A stretch of 64,000 bases of DNA from Dehalococcoidia bacterium (lineage in GTDB: Bacteria; Chloroflexota; Dehalococcoidia; SM23-28-2; RBG-16-64-32): NCBI GenBank assembly GCA_963665775.2, contig CAXXTF010000002.1:288001-352000 (forward strand), in the 5' to 3' direction. Position 1 is the stretch's first letter; the number at the start of each line of letters is the position of its first letter. The notes under the pieces are model-generated. The model was given only the letters and a program-made list of their open reading frames with translations. It ran no database searches and was not told the DNA's origin. Both the position numbers and the translations under genes were made by a program. Of this stretch, positions 32,241 through 43,091 are shown piece after piece.

Positions 32241-33455
32241 ATGACCACGGAGCCCAACCGTCAGGTCCTGGAAGGCTACCGTATTCTGGATGTGGGCCAT
32301 ATCCTGGCCGGCCCTATGACCTCCAGCATGCTGGCCGACTTCGGGGCTGACGTCATCCATATCGAGAGTCCCGAGACGGGCGATTTCTTGCGACAGGTGC
32401 AGGGCAGGGCCGGAGAGCCCCGGCAATCGCGCGGCTACGACCTGATAAACCGCAACAAGCGGAACATCACCCTGGACATGCGAACCGACAAAGGCCGCGA
32501 GCTGTTTCACAGGCTGGTGGCCATCTCCGACGTGGTGACGGAGAACTTCCGTCCCTACGTAATGGACCGGTGGGGGAACGGCACGGAGGTCCTGAAGCAG
32601 ATCAACCCCCGCCTGATCTACTGTCGCCTCTCCGGTTTGGGTCAGACCGGCCCCGACCGGCACCGGCGTGCCTACGGGATGATCGGCGAGGCCTTCTCCG
32701 GCTGGTCCTGGCTGAACGGCTACGCTGACGGCCCGGTCATTCATTCAAGCTTCTCCCTGGGAGACACCAACCAATCTATCTGGGCGGCCACTGCCATCGT
32801 GTCGGCCCTCTACTGGCGGGACGCCCGGGGCGGCGGCGAGGGGATGGTCATCGACCAGGCGCTGTTCGAGCCCAACCTGCGTAGCTGGGAGCAGCTGCTG
32901 ATCACCTTCGATCAGAACGGCGTAGTCTCCGGCCGGTTGGGTTCCCATCATGAGGCGTCGCCTTACGCCGATGTCTGCAAGACCAAAGACGGCGAATACT
33001 TCTCCTATTCGGCCTTCACCTACGACGCCATTGAACGGCTTCTCCTCACCCTCGGCCTCAAGGATGACCCGCGTTTCAATGACTTGGACAGATGCATGGA
33101 GAACCGGGAGGCGTTCTGGGAGACGGCTGGACGCTGGTTCAAGGAGCGCACCCTGGCCGAAATCGTCGGACTGTTCGAGACGAATGAGGCGGTCGGCTGT
33201 CCCGTAATGAACGCCGAAACCCTGTATCACGATCCGCACATCAAAGCGCGGGAGATGGTCGTCAGCGTCCCCGATCCCGAGGGTGGCGCGAAGCCAATCG
33301 AGATGCAGGGGATCGTCCCCAAGCTCTCCGAGACGCCCGGAAAGATGCGCAACGCTACCGAGGACATGGGCAGCCGCAATGAGGAGATCTACAACGGCCT
33401 GCTGGGACTCAGCCGCGACGAGATCGCGGACCTGATGGCGGCCGGCGTCATCTAG
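32241..33455 (+). CDS. CaiB/BaiF CoA transferase
   Basis: LAGP, LADFGADVI, NRNKR, ENFRP, SLGD. Confidence 0.9.
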   Translation: MTTEPNRQVLEGYRILDVGHILAGPMTSSMLADFGADVIHIESPETGDFLRQVQGRAGEPRQSRGYDLINRNKRNITLDMRTDKGRELFHRLVAISDVVTENFRPYVMDRWGNGTEVLKQINPRLIYCRLSGLGQTGPDRHRRAYGMIGEAFSGWSWLNGYADGPVIHSSFSLGDTNQSIWAATAIVSALYWRDARGGGEGMVIDQALFEPNLRSWEQLLITFDQNGVVSGRLGSHHEASPYADVCKTKDGEYFSYSAFTYDAIERLLLTLGLKDDPRFNDLDRCMENREAFWETAGRWFKERTLAEIVGLFETNEAVGCPVMNAETLYHDPHIKAREMVVSVPDPEGGAKPIEMQGIVPKLSETPGKMRNATEDMGSRNEEIYNGLLGLSRDEIADLMAAGVI

Positions 33456-33467
33456 GTGGCCAGGGAG

Positions 33468-34256
33468 GGTTCTGTCAGAGCTCAGGGCGCGGGGGTAAGC
33501 TTGTCTCAATGTAGGAGAGGAGCTACCGATGAACTGCCCACATTGCCGATCGAAAGCAACCAGCAAACGGAAGCACCGCTCCACCCTGGGCTACCATAGG
33601 TTCTCGTGTAGGTCTTGCCACCGTCGCTTTAACGAGCGCACCGGTACGCCCTACAACGACCTCCAGTTCCCCACCGACATCGTCCTGTTGGCGGTCCTCT
33701 GGCGGTTACGCTACAAGCTTGGGTTCCGCGATGTCGCCGAACTGCTCCTTCAGCGAGGCTATGAGGTCACGCACGAAACGGTACGGGCCTGGGAGATCCG
33801 GTTTGCTCCTCTTCTGGCCGAACGACTGCATGCCCGGCGCCGCGGCCAGACAGGAAGCCGCTCCTGGTATCTAGATGAGACCTACGTGAAGGTCAGCGGT
33901 CGCTGGCGTTACCTATACCGCGTCATTGACCGGGACGGCAATCTCCTGGACTCGATGCTGAGTGAGAATCGAGACAGGTTAGCGGCCCGCCTCTTTCTGC
34001 GGCGGCTGGCCGACGTCACGACCCACAAGCCGTTGCGCCTCACCACTGACCAGCATCCGGCCTATGGGAAAGCGATCCGCTGGATACTGGGACGGAAGGT
34101 CTTGCACCGGCAGAGTCGGTACCTAAACAACCGTATCGAGCAGGACCATCGTACATCAAACAGCGCTCCTACCCCATGCTGGGGTTCAAGCGTATGGAGT
34201 CGGCGAAGCGCTTCTGCGCGGCGTTCGAAGAGTTGCGTCAGTATTTACGTATCCGC
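33468..34256 (+). mobile_element. IS6-family element, 3'-truncated and frameshifted
   Basis: IRL GGTTCTGTCAGA; WYLDETY, YLYR, NNRIEQDHR. Confidence 0.9.
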
Positions 34257-34332
34257 CGGCACGAGCGATGTAACCATCGAGCGTGAGGGCGAGGCTGGCG
34301 ACAAAGTCTGATTCGGGTTCGTAATGTTCCAT
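34257..34332 (-). pseudogene. RibD/DHFR-like N-terminal fragment
   Basis: MEHYEPESDFVASLALTLDGYIAR; cut at the IS6 junction. Confidence 0.5.
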
Positions 34333-34380
34333 GCAGCGATATTACTAGATCGAGGCGACGGACTACATTGAGGTGCGCGC

Positions 34381-34515
34381 GCACAGCGCTCTCGGCTACC
34401 GGCCGCCAGCACCGCAAGCGATCGTGCCATCGCCGGGCTCCACCGCGCCATCCCTGGAGACTACCGCGATGGCCACACTAACATATCGTGTGGTAGCTTA
34501 AAGGAGGGCAGGTCA
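34381..34515 (+). mobile_element. IS3-family (IS407-like) right-end remnant
   Basis: HSALGYRPPAPQ followed by ...GGGCAGGTCA. Confidence 0.8.
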
Positions 34516-34633
34516 GCAGGTTCTGCACTATGCGGATGTCGGCGCCTCGGTCCAGTAAGTGAGTGGCGAAGCTGTGGCGCAGGGTGTGGGTATGGACTCA
34601 CTTTCGTAGGGCCTTCCGCCCATACTTGCTCAC
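34516..34633 (-). pseudogene. XerC/D-type tyrosine recombinase catalytic fragment
   Basis: Manual translation [38 protein letters not shown]. Confidence 0.8.
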
Positions 34634-34857
34634 CGCCCGACCGACGAGGCATCGGGAGCCATGTCAGTCTGAATGATTCGCAGACTTCTCGCAGTCAAGA
34701 ACAAGTACGACCGGGCGAACATTTTCCAAATAAATCAGAACATTCCGCCCTCCAGATAAAGCGGGACTTAGTGAGCCCAGAGCTGAACCGACCAGGTGGG
34801 AGCGGTTGTCTACACAGCTCTCCAGTCTGGGTGGCGCACGCTAAAGGATCAACAGAC

Positions 34858-35208
34858 ATGAGCGAGGCGAGGTCAGAACAGGTAGCGATCGGGAGGCGGC
34901 TCCTACGGCGGGCGCGGCGGCTGGGCGTAATCGCCATAGGGTTCTTAGTCTTGACCATCGGGCTCATCCTTGCCGTACTGCCGATGATTCCGGGCGGCGC
35001 GGTCGGGATCCTTCTCGGCCTGACCATCCTATCAACCGAACTGGAGTGGGCGAGAAGGCTCAGGACGAGATTTATAACGACGGGCCGACGTTTTCTACCC
35101 CGGCTCTTCAGTCGAAGTCCGAACAACCGGATGAGGCTGCTGGGGCTCATCGTGATCATCGGGCTCGCGATGGCTGCGGTAATCGTGGCCGTGATGCTGA
35201 TCGCCTAG
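34858..35208 (+). CDS. PGPGW-like small membrane protein
   Basis: IPGG...LGLTILSTELEWARRL. Confidence 0.7.
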   Translation: MSEARSEQVAIGRRLLRRARRLGVIAIGFLVLTIGLILAVLPMIPGGAVGILLGLTILSTELEWARRLRTRFITTGRRFLPRLFSRSPNNRMRLLGLIVIIGLAMAAVIVAVMLIA

Positions 35209-35606
35209 ACGGACGTGGTAACGGCACCTTGGAAGCGCTGCGCCCTCACTTTCCGTAACCGCTGGAAAGCCAAATCGCCCTGCTGGAGGGCTTCTCGTCC
35301 ATAGTGCAGCGTCCTGCCCATATCACGTACGTATGGAGCTGCGCACGAAACTCATGCTGGCAAGGACAGTTAGATAGCTGCAACCAGCTCTCTCTTGCTC
35401 CTAGTTTCATGGTAAGGGCTTGTCACTGAAAGGCCCCTATAACCCCGAATAACCGCCGAATAAGCCATCATTAACGCCTCGCCGGGCGCGATACGGCCCC
35501 CTCTATGCGCCGGGCCCTGCTCTCGCGTCGGTCCCTGGTCTGACGCGCTCGTCAAAAGGGCCCCCGCTGAAACGGCTTGCCAGCGATCATGTCCTGAACG
35601 CGGTGG

Positions 35607-36584
35607 CTATTTCGCTATCACGGCGATTATGCCTTCGGGGCGCCAGCCGATGACAGCCGCACTCCCTTGGGTGATCTGATGAGCGCCTGAGCCGTCGGCC
35701 CTGGCCACCACTATGCCCAGTGTCTTCCTTCCTGGCTCGTAATCCGTGAAGGCCAGGGCTAGACCATCCGGGGACCAGGTGAGCCAGCCCCAGGCGGGCT
35801 CGGTCATGGCGCAGGTTGCCAATACAAGCGTCATGCTTTGGGAAAGGTCGGGGGACACCAAATCGATTTGGCAGTCGCCAACAACAGCCAGCCAGCTCCC
35901 ATCAGGCGACCATCGAGGGCGGAAGTACGGGAAGGCACCAACTTCCTCAAGAACCCATGCTGGCGCCTGGGCGATGAACAGCTGCCCTTCCCTCACAAGC
36001 GCAAGGCGCCCATCCCTCGACCACTCAATCATCCGTGGCCAACCTATCTCGCCCATGTCGAACCGCTTTCCTGTTTGCACTTCGACCACCACGAGCGTCC
36101 GGCCTTCCACGTCGGGAACGATCGCCGCCCAACGGCCGTCAGGCGATACATCGCCGACCCAACCCGGGCCGATATCTGTCACCGTGTCAGTGGTGGCGTC
36201 CACGACGCCGAGGTGGGGGCTGCCAAATCCAACAACGCCGAATCGGCTATCCGCCAATACGTGCGGAGCCCTTCCATCGAAGGTGGGCCGCTGCTCGTAC
36301 TCGCCGGTCTCGGGATTGACAGTGAACCAAGCCTCTCTACCATCGAGCTGAACAACGGAAATGTCCAACGGCACAGGGGTTGGCCCTGGTGTAGGCGTGG
36401 GCGTGGCAGGAGTTGGCGTCGGTATGGGTGTTGGCGTGGGAGCGGCGGTGGGCGGTGCGGTAGCTGCCGGTGTCTGCGTTGCGGTCAACGTCGGTGTAGA
36501 GGCGCTTTCTTCCGCGTCGCCGCAAGCGGCGGCCAGCAGCAGGGCCGCAAGGGCCAGGGCAAGCAGCGTGGCGAACTCTCGCAT
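35607..36584 (-). CDS. Lipoprotein with Pro/Thr linker and TolB/WD40-like propeller
   Basis: LAAAC lipobox, PT repeats, repeated (W)SPDG. Confidence 0.8.
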   Translation of the reverse strand: MREFATLLALALAALLLAAACGDAEESASTPTLTATQTPAATAPPTAAPTPTPIPTPTPATPTPTPGPTPVPLDISVVQLDGREAWFTVNPETGEYEQRPTFDGRAPHVLADSRFGVVGFGSPHLGVVDATTDTVTDIGPGWVGDVSPDGRWAAIVPDVEGRTLVVVEVQTGKRFDMGEIGWPRMIEWSRDGRLALVREGQLFIAQAPAWVLEEVGAFPYFRPRWSPDGSWLAVVGDCQIDLVSPDLSQSMTLVLATCAMTEPAWGWLTWSPDGLALAFTDYEPGRKTLGIVVARADGSGAHQITQGSAAVIGWRPEGIIAVIAK

Positions 36585-36594
36585 GACAGTCCTC

Positions 36595-37782
36595 CTACGG
36601 CCCGAAGACCAATCGGATGATGTCGTCGTCCTGGGGGATGTAGCGACTCCAGTTGTCCATAGCCTGGCCGTTCACGAACACCTGAAGGATGCCCTCGGAC
36701 CCATCATCGCACTGATCGCCGTTTCGCACGGTCTCACTCTGGCCTGGGATGCGCATCTCGTCCTGGGTAAGCCGGCCGCCACCGTATTCGAACCAGCGGA
36801 CGAGCCGTGCCCCGGAACCCTCCTCCGAAGGCAGAAAGGGGTGCAGGTGAATGACGCCAGCGCTGTGGGTATGGACGCCACCTCTGAAGCTGGGGATGTT
36901 TGGCTGGCGCTTGCCGCAGATAGAGATCTCATACGTAGCGTGCCGGTGGTCGCCAATGGTAGGCCGCGACCCGGTCGTTAGCGTTGGCGCTTCGATCTCG
37001 ATCGGCTCGTTGAAATCGAAGAAGCTCATGGTTGCGGTGGCGGTGACTAGGGCTCCCGTGGGAATGGCCACGTCAGAAATCATGTCGCCAGGCTCAATCG
37101 ATTTCCCTGACAAGACAATCTTCAGTTGCCGCACTAAGTAGTCGTCCGTTCCGATCCATATGTGGTATGCGCCGGTCACCTCCGCCTCTTGGTCGATGAT
37201 CTCCGCCTGCATGTCCCGTCGCTCCTCCGGACCGGTGGCAGCATCCCTCGTCTCAGTCGACACTGCGGCAGGGTCGAAGCTGATCCAATAGTGCCAAGAT
37301 TCCTCGCCATCGATCGCCTCGTCGGGCAACTTGGCCACGTCCGGGCCAGGTGACTTCATGAACTCAAGAATTCTCCCGAGCGGGAAGGCGTTGAAGAACG
37401 CCGTTGCGAATGACGGCTCGCCGTCCGTGGACTCAATGACGTCCCATTCGGGAGATTCAGGGTCCTTCCGGTACAGCGTCCCACCGATGACTATGGTTTC
37501 GCTTCCGTTATCCGTCCAGACTCGCAACCGATCGGGGGCGACGTACTCGCCGCCGAATCCTTGCTCCATATCGATCTCCCCCACTCCTTCCACGGTAGTG
37601 GAGGTCGAGGCGAGGAAGCGATAGGAGGCGACATCCTTTGTTGCTGCGTAAGCCTCCTGTATCACAATGCCAGGAGCCGGTGCTGGCGTGCCACCGTTGC
37701 CGGAGCCACAGCCCGTAATGATTAAGCAGAGAACGACGGTAAGGGCAGGGATTGCCAGGAAAGCAAGGGAGCGTGGTCTCAT
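36595..37782 (-). CDS. Lipoprotein, LppX/LolA-like domain plus C-terminal HxH domain
   Basis: ITGC lipobox; FFDFNEPIEIEAP; VHTHSAGVIHLHP. Confidence 0.7.
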   Translation of the reverse strand: MRPRSLAFLAIPALTVVLCLIITGCGSGNGGTPAPAPGIVIQEAYAATKDVASYRFLASTSTTVEGVGEIDMEQGFGGEYVAPDRLRVWTDNGSETIVIGGTLYRKDPESPEWDVIESTDGEPSFATAFFNAFPLGRILEFMKSPGPDVAKLPDEAIDGEESWHYWISFDPAAVSTETRDAATGPEERRDMQAEIIDQEAEVTGAYHIWIGTDDYLVRQLKIVLSGKSIEPGDMISDVAIPTGALVTATATMSFFDFNEPIEIEAPTLTTGSRPTIGDHRHATYEISICGKRQPNIPSFRGGVHTHSAGVIHLHPFLPSEEGSGARLVRWFEYGGGRLTQDEMRIPGQSETVRNGDQCDDGSEGILQVFVNGQAMDNWSRYIPQDDDIIRLVFGP

Positions 37783-37856
37783 CTTGGTTCTCTTGCACGC
37801 CGTCGCTGGAGAGGGGGCCCGACTTATTGTACCATTGCCTTGGAGCGTGATAAGGC

Positions 37857-38390
37857 ATGCGTTCTAGTCTCTTCTTAGTAGCGCTCGCCGTTGTGGTGGT
37901 TGCAATCGTCGCGGTGGCCATCGCCGTGGTGGTGCCTACTGACTCTGGCCAAGACAAGACACACATTGTTGCTGGTTCTGATAGCGACTTCGCAAGCGCC
38001 AGCGTGACATACTTTGAGGAAGAGCACATCTACTTGGTGCGTCTCGAAGACGGCAGCTTCATGGCTTTCTACGACCTGGACCCCCGGATGCAGGGGTTGG
38101 TGCAAACCGGAGCCGACAGGTACAGCCACTGTCGCGTCGAGTGGTCCTCCGAGCGCTACGGACACTTTGCCGACCGCTTGACCGTGCCCGGTTTCGTAGG
38201 GGGAGTCTTTCGGGAGCCTTGCCACGGTAGCACCTATGACGCTACCGGGCGGCTCGTCTTCGGACCTAGCCCCGGGGACCTCGACCCGCTGCCGATCACG
38301 ATACGGGGAGGCCGGGTTGTCGTGAATCTTGCTGACAGGCCATGCCCTGAGTTCTACGAGCCCCCTCGCGCCTGCGAGCAAATCCAATAG
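37857..38390 (+). CDS. Atypical Rieske-like membrane-anchored protein
   Basis: EPCHGSTYD...G...GPSPGDL (box II); box I degenerate. Confidence 0.7.
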   Translation: MRSSLFLVALAVVVVAIVAVAIAVVVPTDSGQDKTHIVAGSDSDFASASVTYFEEEHIYLVRLEDGSFMAFYDLDPRMQGLVQTGADRYSHCRVEWSSERYGHFADRLTVPGFVGGVFREPCHGSTYDATGRLVFGPSPGDLDPLPITIRGGRVVVNLADRPCPEFYEPPRACEQIQ

Positions 38391-38718
38391 GGGTTGGCCC
38401 CGCTGTGCCGGTCTACGCGGGTAGAACGCGCTGGCCCACGGGTCAACCGCGCATGGTGTACAAGAGGGTGTGAGCAGTCAGGCCGCCTGCCTCTAGTGCC
38501 TGCCTCGACGCCGGCTAATACCCCACGCGGACCAAGGCAAGCCCAAGCGCAGATGTGAACGACACCGCCTTCGCGAATGGCGAGTTGTGCGACGGTCTTT
38601 CTCTGGGCTGGGGGGCGCCGCCGGACTGGTGATTCGGCTGTAGTCCTATCGGGTACGCACTCTGTTTAGGGCTCCCGCTCCCCCGCATCTACCGGCTGCA
38701 TCAGGTACAATCAGCGGC

Positions 38719-41339
38719 ATGGAGAACGACCCGCCTCCTGCCGAGGTAGTGACCAAAGACGGTGTCACCTATCGCATCCGACGCCTGACAGAGGTCTCGC
38801 AGATTCTGCCACGCCTGGAGAAGGACCGCGCCTTCTGTGCCTACGCCATCTGCCAATTGGAGCCTGAGCGCTTCCCGCACACGAGATGGTACGTCGCGGA
38901 AGGCGAAGGTGGTGAGGCCCTCGTGATGCATGCCACCGGCAGCTTGAGGGGCAGCCTATACGGCTTTGGGGCGGACCTCTTCTGCGTGGGCCACGCTCAG
39001 GCACTCGATGCCATAGTGTCGCTTCATCCGGGCCCGCGCTATGTGTCGCGCCTGTGGGCTCAGGTCGAGCATGGCCCAATACTCAAGCGCCATTACTTCG
39101 TCTTGAGGGGCTCTCCCCTGTTATTCTTACAGTTTAGCCCGAATCCACCGAAGGACGGCCTTGGGGACAGTCCTTGAAGAAGCCATCGGGTGCTCCTCTG
39201 AATCTGGGATAATGGTTTTGGAACAGAAACCAGCCCGGAAACAAGGAGCACCCAATAGATGCTACCACAGAACAAACCCGACCGTATCCGCATCCTCTTT
39301 GACGACCATCGCCTGGTGGCCAATGCCGGCCTGCTCCTGCCAGCCACCCTAGCCCGGCACCTGGGCCTGCGGGAACTCGTCGACCATCACCTTGACCTCG
39401 GCGGAGCGCCGGGACGGGCGAACACTGGGGACAAGATGCTGACGCTGGTCGCTTCCGCGCTGGCAGGCGGCGACTGCATCGACGACGCCGATGCGCTGCG
39501 CGCTGGTGGGACGGTCGGTGTTCTAGGCTGCGTGGTCAAGGCGCCATCCACCCTGGGGACCTTCCTGCGCAGCTTTCGGTGGGGGCATGTCCGTCAACTC
39601 GACCGCGTGAGCCGCCAGTTGTTGGCCCGGGCCTGGGCCGCTGGGGCCGGACCCGGCGACTCGCCCCTGACCATCGACCTGGACTCGACCATCTGCGAGA
39701 CCTATGGACTGGCCAAGGAGGGAGCGCGCCACCACGGCTATACCGGCGCCCGCGGCTATCACCCGCTGCTGGCCATTGCCGCCGGCACCGGCGAGGTGCT
39801 GATGTCCCGGCTGCGCGAGGGCCGGGCCAACACCGCCCGTGGCGCCGCCCACTTCCTGCGTGAGACGGTGGGGCGGGTGCGCTACGGCGGGGCCAGGGGA
39901 CAACTCACGGTGCGGGCCGACAGCGGCTTCTACGCCCACACTGTCGTTGCCGCCTGCCGGGAAATGGATGTCCGCTTCTCTATCACCATCCGCCAGCGCG
40001 CCAGCCTGCGGGACCTGATCGAGGCGATACCAGAGGAGGACTGGACTCCCATTCCCTACTGGATGGACGGCGCCGCCGATGTCGCCGAGACGACTTACAC
40101 CCCGTTCCAGACCAAGCCGGACGCCGCGCCGGTGCGGCTCATTGTCCGGCGGGTGAAGCCGACGCCCGGTTCCCAGCTCGCCTTCTTCGCCAGATACAGC
40201 TATCACGCCTTCATCACCGACCGCGATGGGGAGACGCTGGAACTGGAGGCTGATCATCGCCGCCACGCCGAGGTCGAGAACGCCATACGCGACCTCAAGT
40301 ACGGCGTCGGGCTGAACCACATGCCGTCGGGGCGCTTCGCCGCCAACGGCGCCTGGCTGGCGGTCCAGGTGATGGCGCATAACCTGGCCCGCTGGACAGC
40401 CCGCATCGGCCTGGGTCAGCAGATCGTGACCACCAAGACCCTCAGGCGGCGGGTCTTCGCTCTGGTGGGACGGATCACCCGCTCGGCGCGCCGCCTCACT
40501 TTGCATCTCCCCCGGCGCTGGCCTTGGGAAACCCAGTTCAGTCGCGCCTTGGCCCGGCTGCAAGCCATTCCATTCCCGGCCTGACGGCCAGCCTGCAACT
40601 GACCCAACGTCCCCGCAATCTCGCGCCACCCCGGTCGCGAGAGTCCCCTGCTGCGTATCCTCTCGCCATCCCGCGCATCGCAACTCCCGCATAGGGCCTT
40701 AGGGGCCCTGTGCGGCGACTGAAGACCGTCCGCCGGCCTCCCATCTACCCCAAGACCCCAGGCCATCTCCCCTGTAGCTCCCTCACCCACCCCCTTCCGC
40801 TGTCCTCACGCCGTCCATCCGTGTCCTTCGGTGGATTCGGGTTTAGTACTAGCCCCGACCAGAGCCCAGATGGCAATCCGGCCAGGCGGCTTTCCGGTGC
40901 TGATATTGGCGAAATCAACCGTCTGCGTCGTGCAGCAGGCTACTTTGGGCTATTTCGCGGAGAGCTTATCAATCGGGGCCTCTGGTTCGGTTTGTTTGAG
41001 GACGGCCACCTGGTCGCGCTCGCTGGCACTGAGGTCATGTCGCCGACGTATGGAATCTCGCTGGGTGGCCGCACGCTGGTCCACCCTAATTACAGGGGTC
41101 GCCGCTACGCCGACCTAGTGGCAACAGCTGCGAGAAGCGAAGCAGACAGAAGAATCCGTATTCAGGTGGCTACAATCGACCCTGAGAACACTCCAGCCCC
41201 ACAGCGGAGAAGGCGCCTCAGTGAAGCAGCTGGGCAGGTGCTCGACACCTCGGCCCTCCGTCGCGACCCAGTGGGCCTGGCCAGCCTCATCCGGCGGGTG
41301 CTGGCACGGCGAAGGGCGCGTAACGGCGCATATCGGTAA
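38719..41339 (+). pseudogene. GNAT-like acetyltransferase interrupted by IS1380
   Basis: Paralog of 41384; the frame resumes after the IS (LVHPNYRGRRYA). Confidence 0.85.
39138..40841 (+). mobile_element. IS1380-family element (transposase 39259-40584)
   Basis: 19-bp IRs CCCGAATCCACCGAAGGAC; TTTAG duplicated on both sides; IDLDST, RADSGF. Confidence 0.95.
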
Positions 41340-41383
41340 GCCTAAAACGCCCAGGCTCATCTACCAGGTGTACAATCGACGGC

Positions 41384-42349
41384 ATGGAGAATGACCCGCC
41401 TCCTACTGAGGTGGTGAGCAAAGACGGCGTTACCTACCGCATCTGGCGTCTGACTGAGGTCTCGCAGATTCTGCCTCGACTGGAGAAGGACCGCGCCTTC
41501 TGTGCCTACGCCATCTGCCAATTGGAGCCTGAGCGCTTCCCGCACACGAGATGGTACGTCGCGGAAGGCGAAGGTGGTGAGGCCCTGGTGATGCATGCCA
41601 CCGGCAGCTTGAGGGGCAGCCTATACGGCTTTGGGGCCGACCTCTTCTGCATGGGCGAATCGGCCGCTCTGGACGCCATGCTGTCCCTTCATCCGGGTCA
41701 ACGCTATCTGTCGCGCCTGTGGGCGCAGGTCGAGCACGGACCTGTACTCAAGCGGCATCTTCGATTGGTAGAGGATGGCCCCAAGCTTCTAATACGAGAT
41801 CGCAGCGAAGAGGTCGGGGCGATTGATCCTCCGGCAGTGCGACTGACCGGCGCCGATATCGGGGAGATCAATCGACTTTTTAGATCGGGTGGAGGCTCCT
41901 TGGGTCTCTATAGGCGTGAACTAATAGACCGCGGCCACTGGTATGGATGGGTTGAAGACGGGCGTCTTGTTGCCTTCCTGTCCTACGAGACCGTCTCGCC
42001 GAGCTGCGGGATTGCCATTCACGGCAGGGGCCTAACCCACCCCGAGTACCGGGGAAGGCACTATATTAGAGATCTCTTGGCCACCGCCAGGGGTAGAGAT
42101 TCCTCAGCAAAGTACCCTATGCGTGTGTTCACGGTTGACCCCGCAAATGCCGCTATGATGCGCCGGCGGAGCCGTCCGCGGCCGGGGCTGATTACTGAAG
42201 ATGTTGGGGAGGTCCTGGAGACGAGGGCCTACCGTCGCGACCCGGTGGGCCTGGTCAGCCTCATCCGGCGCGTCCTGGCACGACGAAAAGCGCGGAAGAG
42301 CGAGACTAGCGATGTCGCCGCAGTGGGGCATCGGGGCGGCCCAGATTAG
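41384..42349 (+). CDS. GNAT-family acetyltransferase
   Basis: LTHPEYRGRHY acetyl-CoA-binding motif. Confidence 0.75.
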   Translation: MENDPPPTEVVSKDGVTYRIWRLTEVSQILPRLEKDRAFCAYAICQLEPERFPHTRWYVAEGEGGEALVMHATGSLRGSLYGFGADLFCMGESAALDAMLSLHPGQRYLSRLWAQVEHGPVLKRHLRLVEDGPKLLIRDRSEEVGAIDPPAVRLTGADIGEINRLFRSGGGSLGLYRRELIDRGHWYGWVEDGRLVAFLSYETVSPSCGIAIHGRGLTHPEYRGRHYIRDLLATARGRDSSAKYPMRVFTVDPANAAMMRRRSRPRPGLITEDVGEVLETRAYRRDPVGLVSLIRRVLARRKARKSETSDVAAVGHRGGPD

Positions 42350-42588
42350 CGCTTGGGTACGGACTCTGTTTCGGGCCCCCGCTCCACCCCGCCCCTCCCC
42401 CGAGGTCTCCCCAAGACACCGTGCCTTCCTGCTCCTGTGGCAGCAGTAGAGACGGGAGCGGTAGAGGCCGACCAAAATGTCCATTAGAAAACGGGCCGAA
42501 CAGTCCGAGAGTCGCTGAAGACTTACGGTTTCCCACCGTAGCATCTATATGTTATCAATTGACGGGTTGGACGAAAGGAGATAGCGCT

Positions 42589-43071
42589 ATGGCCAGCTCG
42601 TCAGTTACAGGCGAGCGAACGCCCGGAGCCACCGCCAGCATCCAGATCGAGGCGTCACCGGAAGCGGTCTGGGATGTCGTCTCGGATGGTAATCGACTGT
42701 CCGAGTGGCTGAAGCCGATCGCTGAGGTGCGGGGCGTAGCCGCGGCCGGCGAACTGGCGGCAGGAAGCGAAGTCAAGGTCAAAATGGTCGGTAGGGTCCC
42801 GCCGGGGCAGAAGTTCGCCACCTACGAGGCGGTGCCGGGCCAGAAGCTCAGCGCCAGGGTGGGGCCAGCCTTCGCCCATGCGCTGGGCATCGCGATGCGT
42901 GTCGAACTGACGCTGGAGCCCCGTGGACACGCAACAACCGCCACCGTTGGGTTCACCTGCACCCCGATCATGGGGCCGCTGCAGGCGAGGATTTCGGGCA
43001 TTAACCTCGATGAGCATGCCCAGAGCACGGTACAGCGGCTGAAAGAGGCGGCGGAGACGGCAGCCAACTAG
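42589..43071 (+). CDS. SRPBCC (polyketide cyclase-like) protein
   Basis: IEASPEAVWDVVSD...W; C-terminal LKEAAE. Confidence 0.8.
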   Translation: MASSSVTGERTPGATASIQIEASPEAVWDVVSDGNRLSEWLKPIAEVRGVAAAGELAAGSEVKVKMVGRVPPGQKFATYEAVPGQKLSARVGPAFAHALGIAMRVELTLEPRGHATTATVGFTCTPIMGPLQARISGINLDEHAQSTVQRLKEAAETAAN

Positions 43072-43091
43072 TCACTTGGCGGAGCTAGACG

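Noticed and set aside
17052-34515. The ~115-bp repeat (17052, 34400; diverged copy at 27079) containing CTATGTTAGTG as dif sites or an ncRNA
   Set aside because: It encodes HSALGYRPPAP and ends GGGCAGGTCA, so these are IS3/IS407-type right-end remnants.
36370-36500. Low-complexity GGCGTG/GGTGT repeats
   Set aside because: They encode the Pro/Thr linker of the lipoprotein.
28758-42349. GNAT copies as DGR template and variable repeats
   Set aside because: No reverse transcriptase, and the differences are not adenine-specific.
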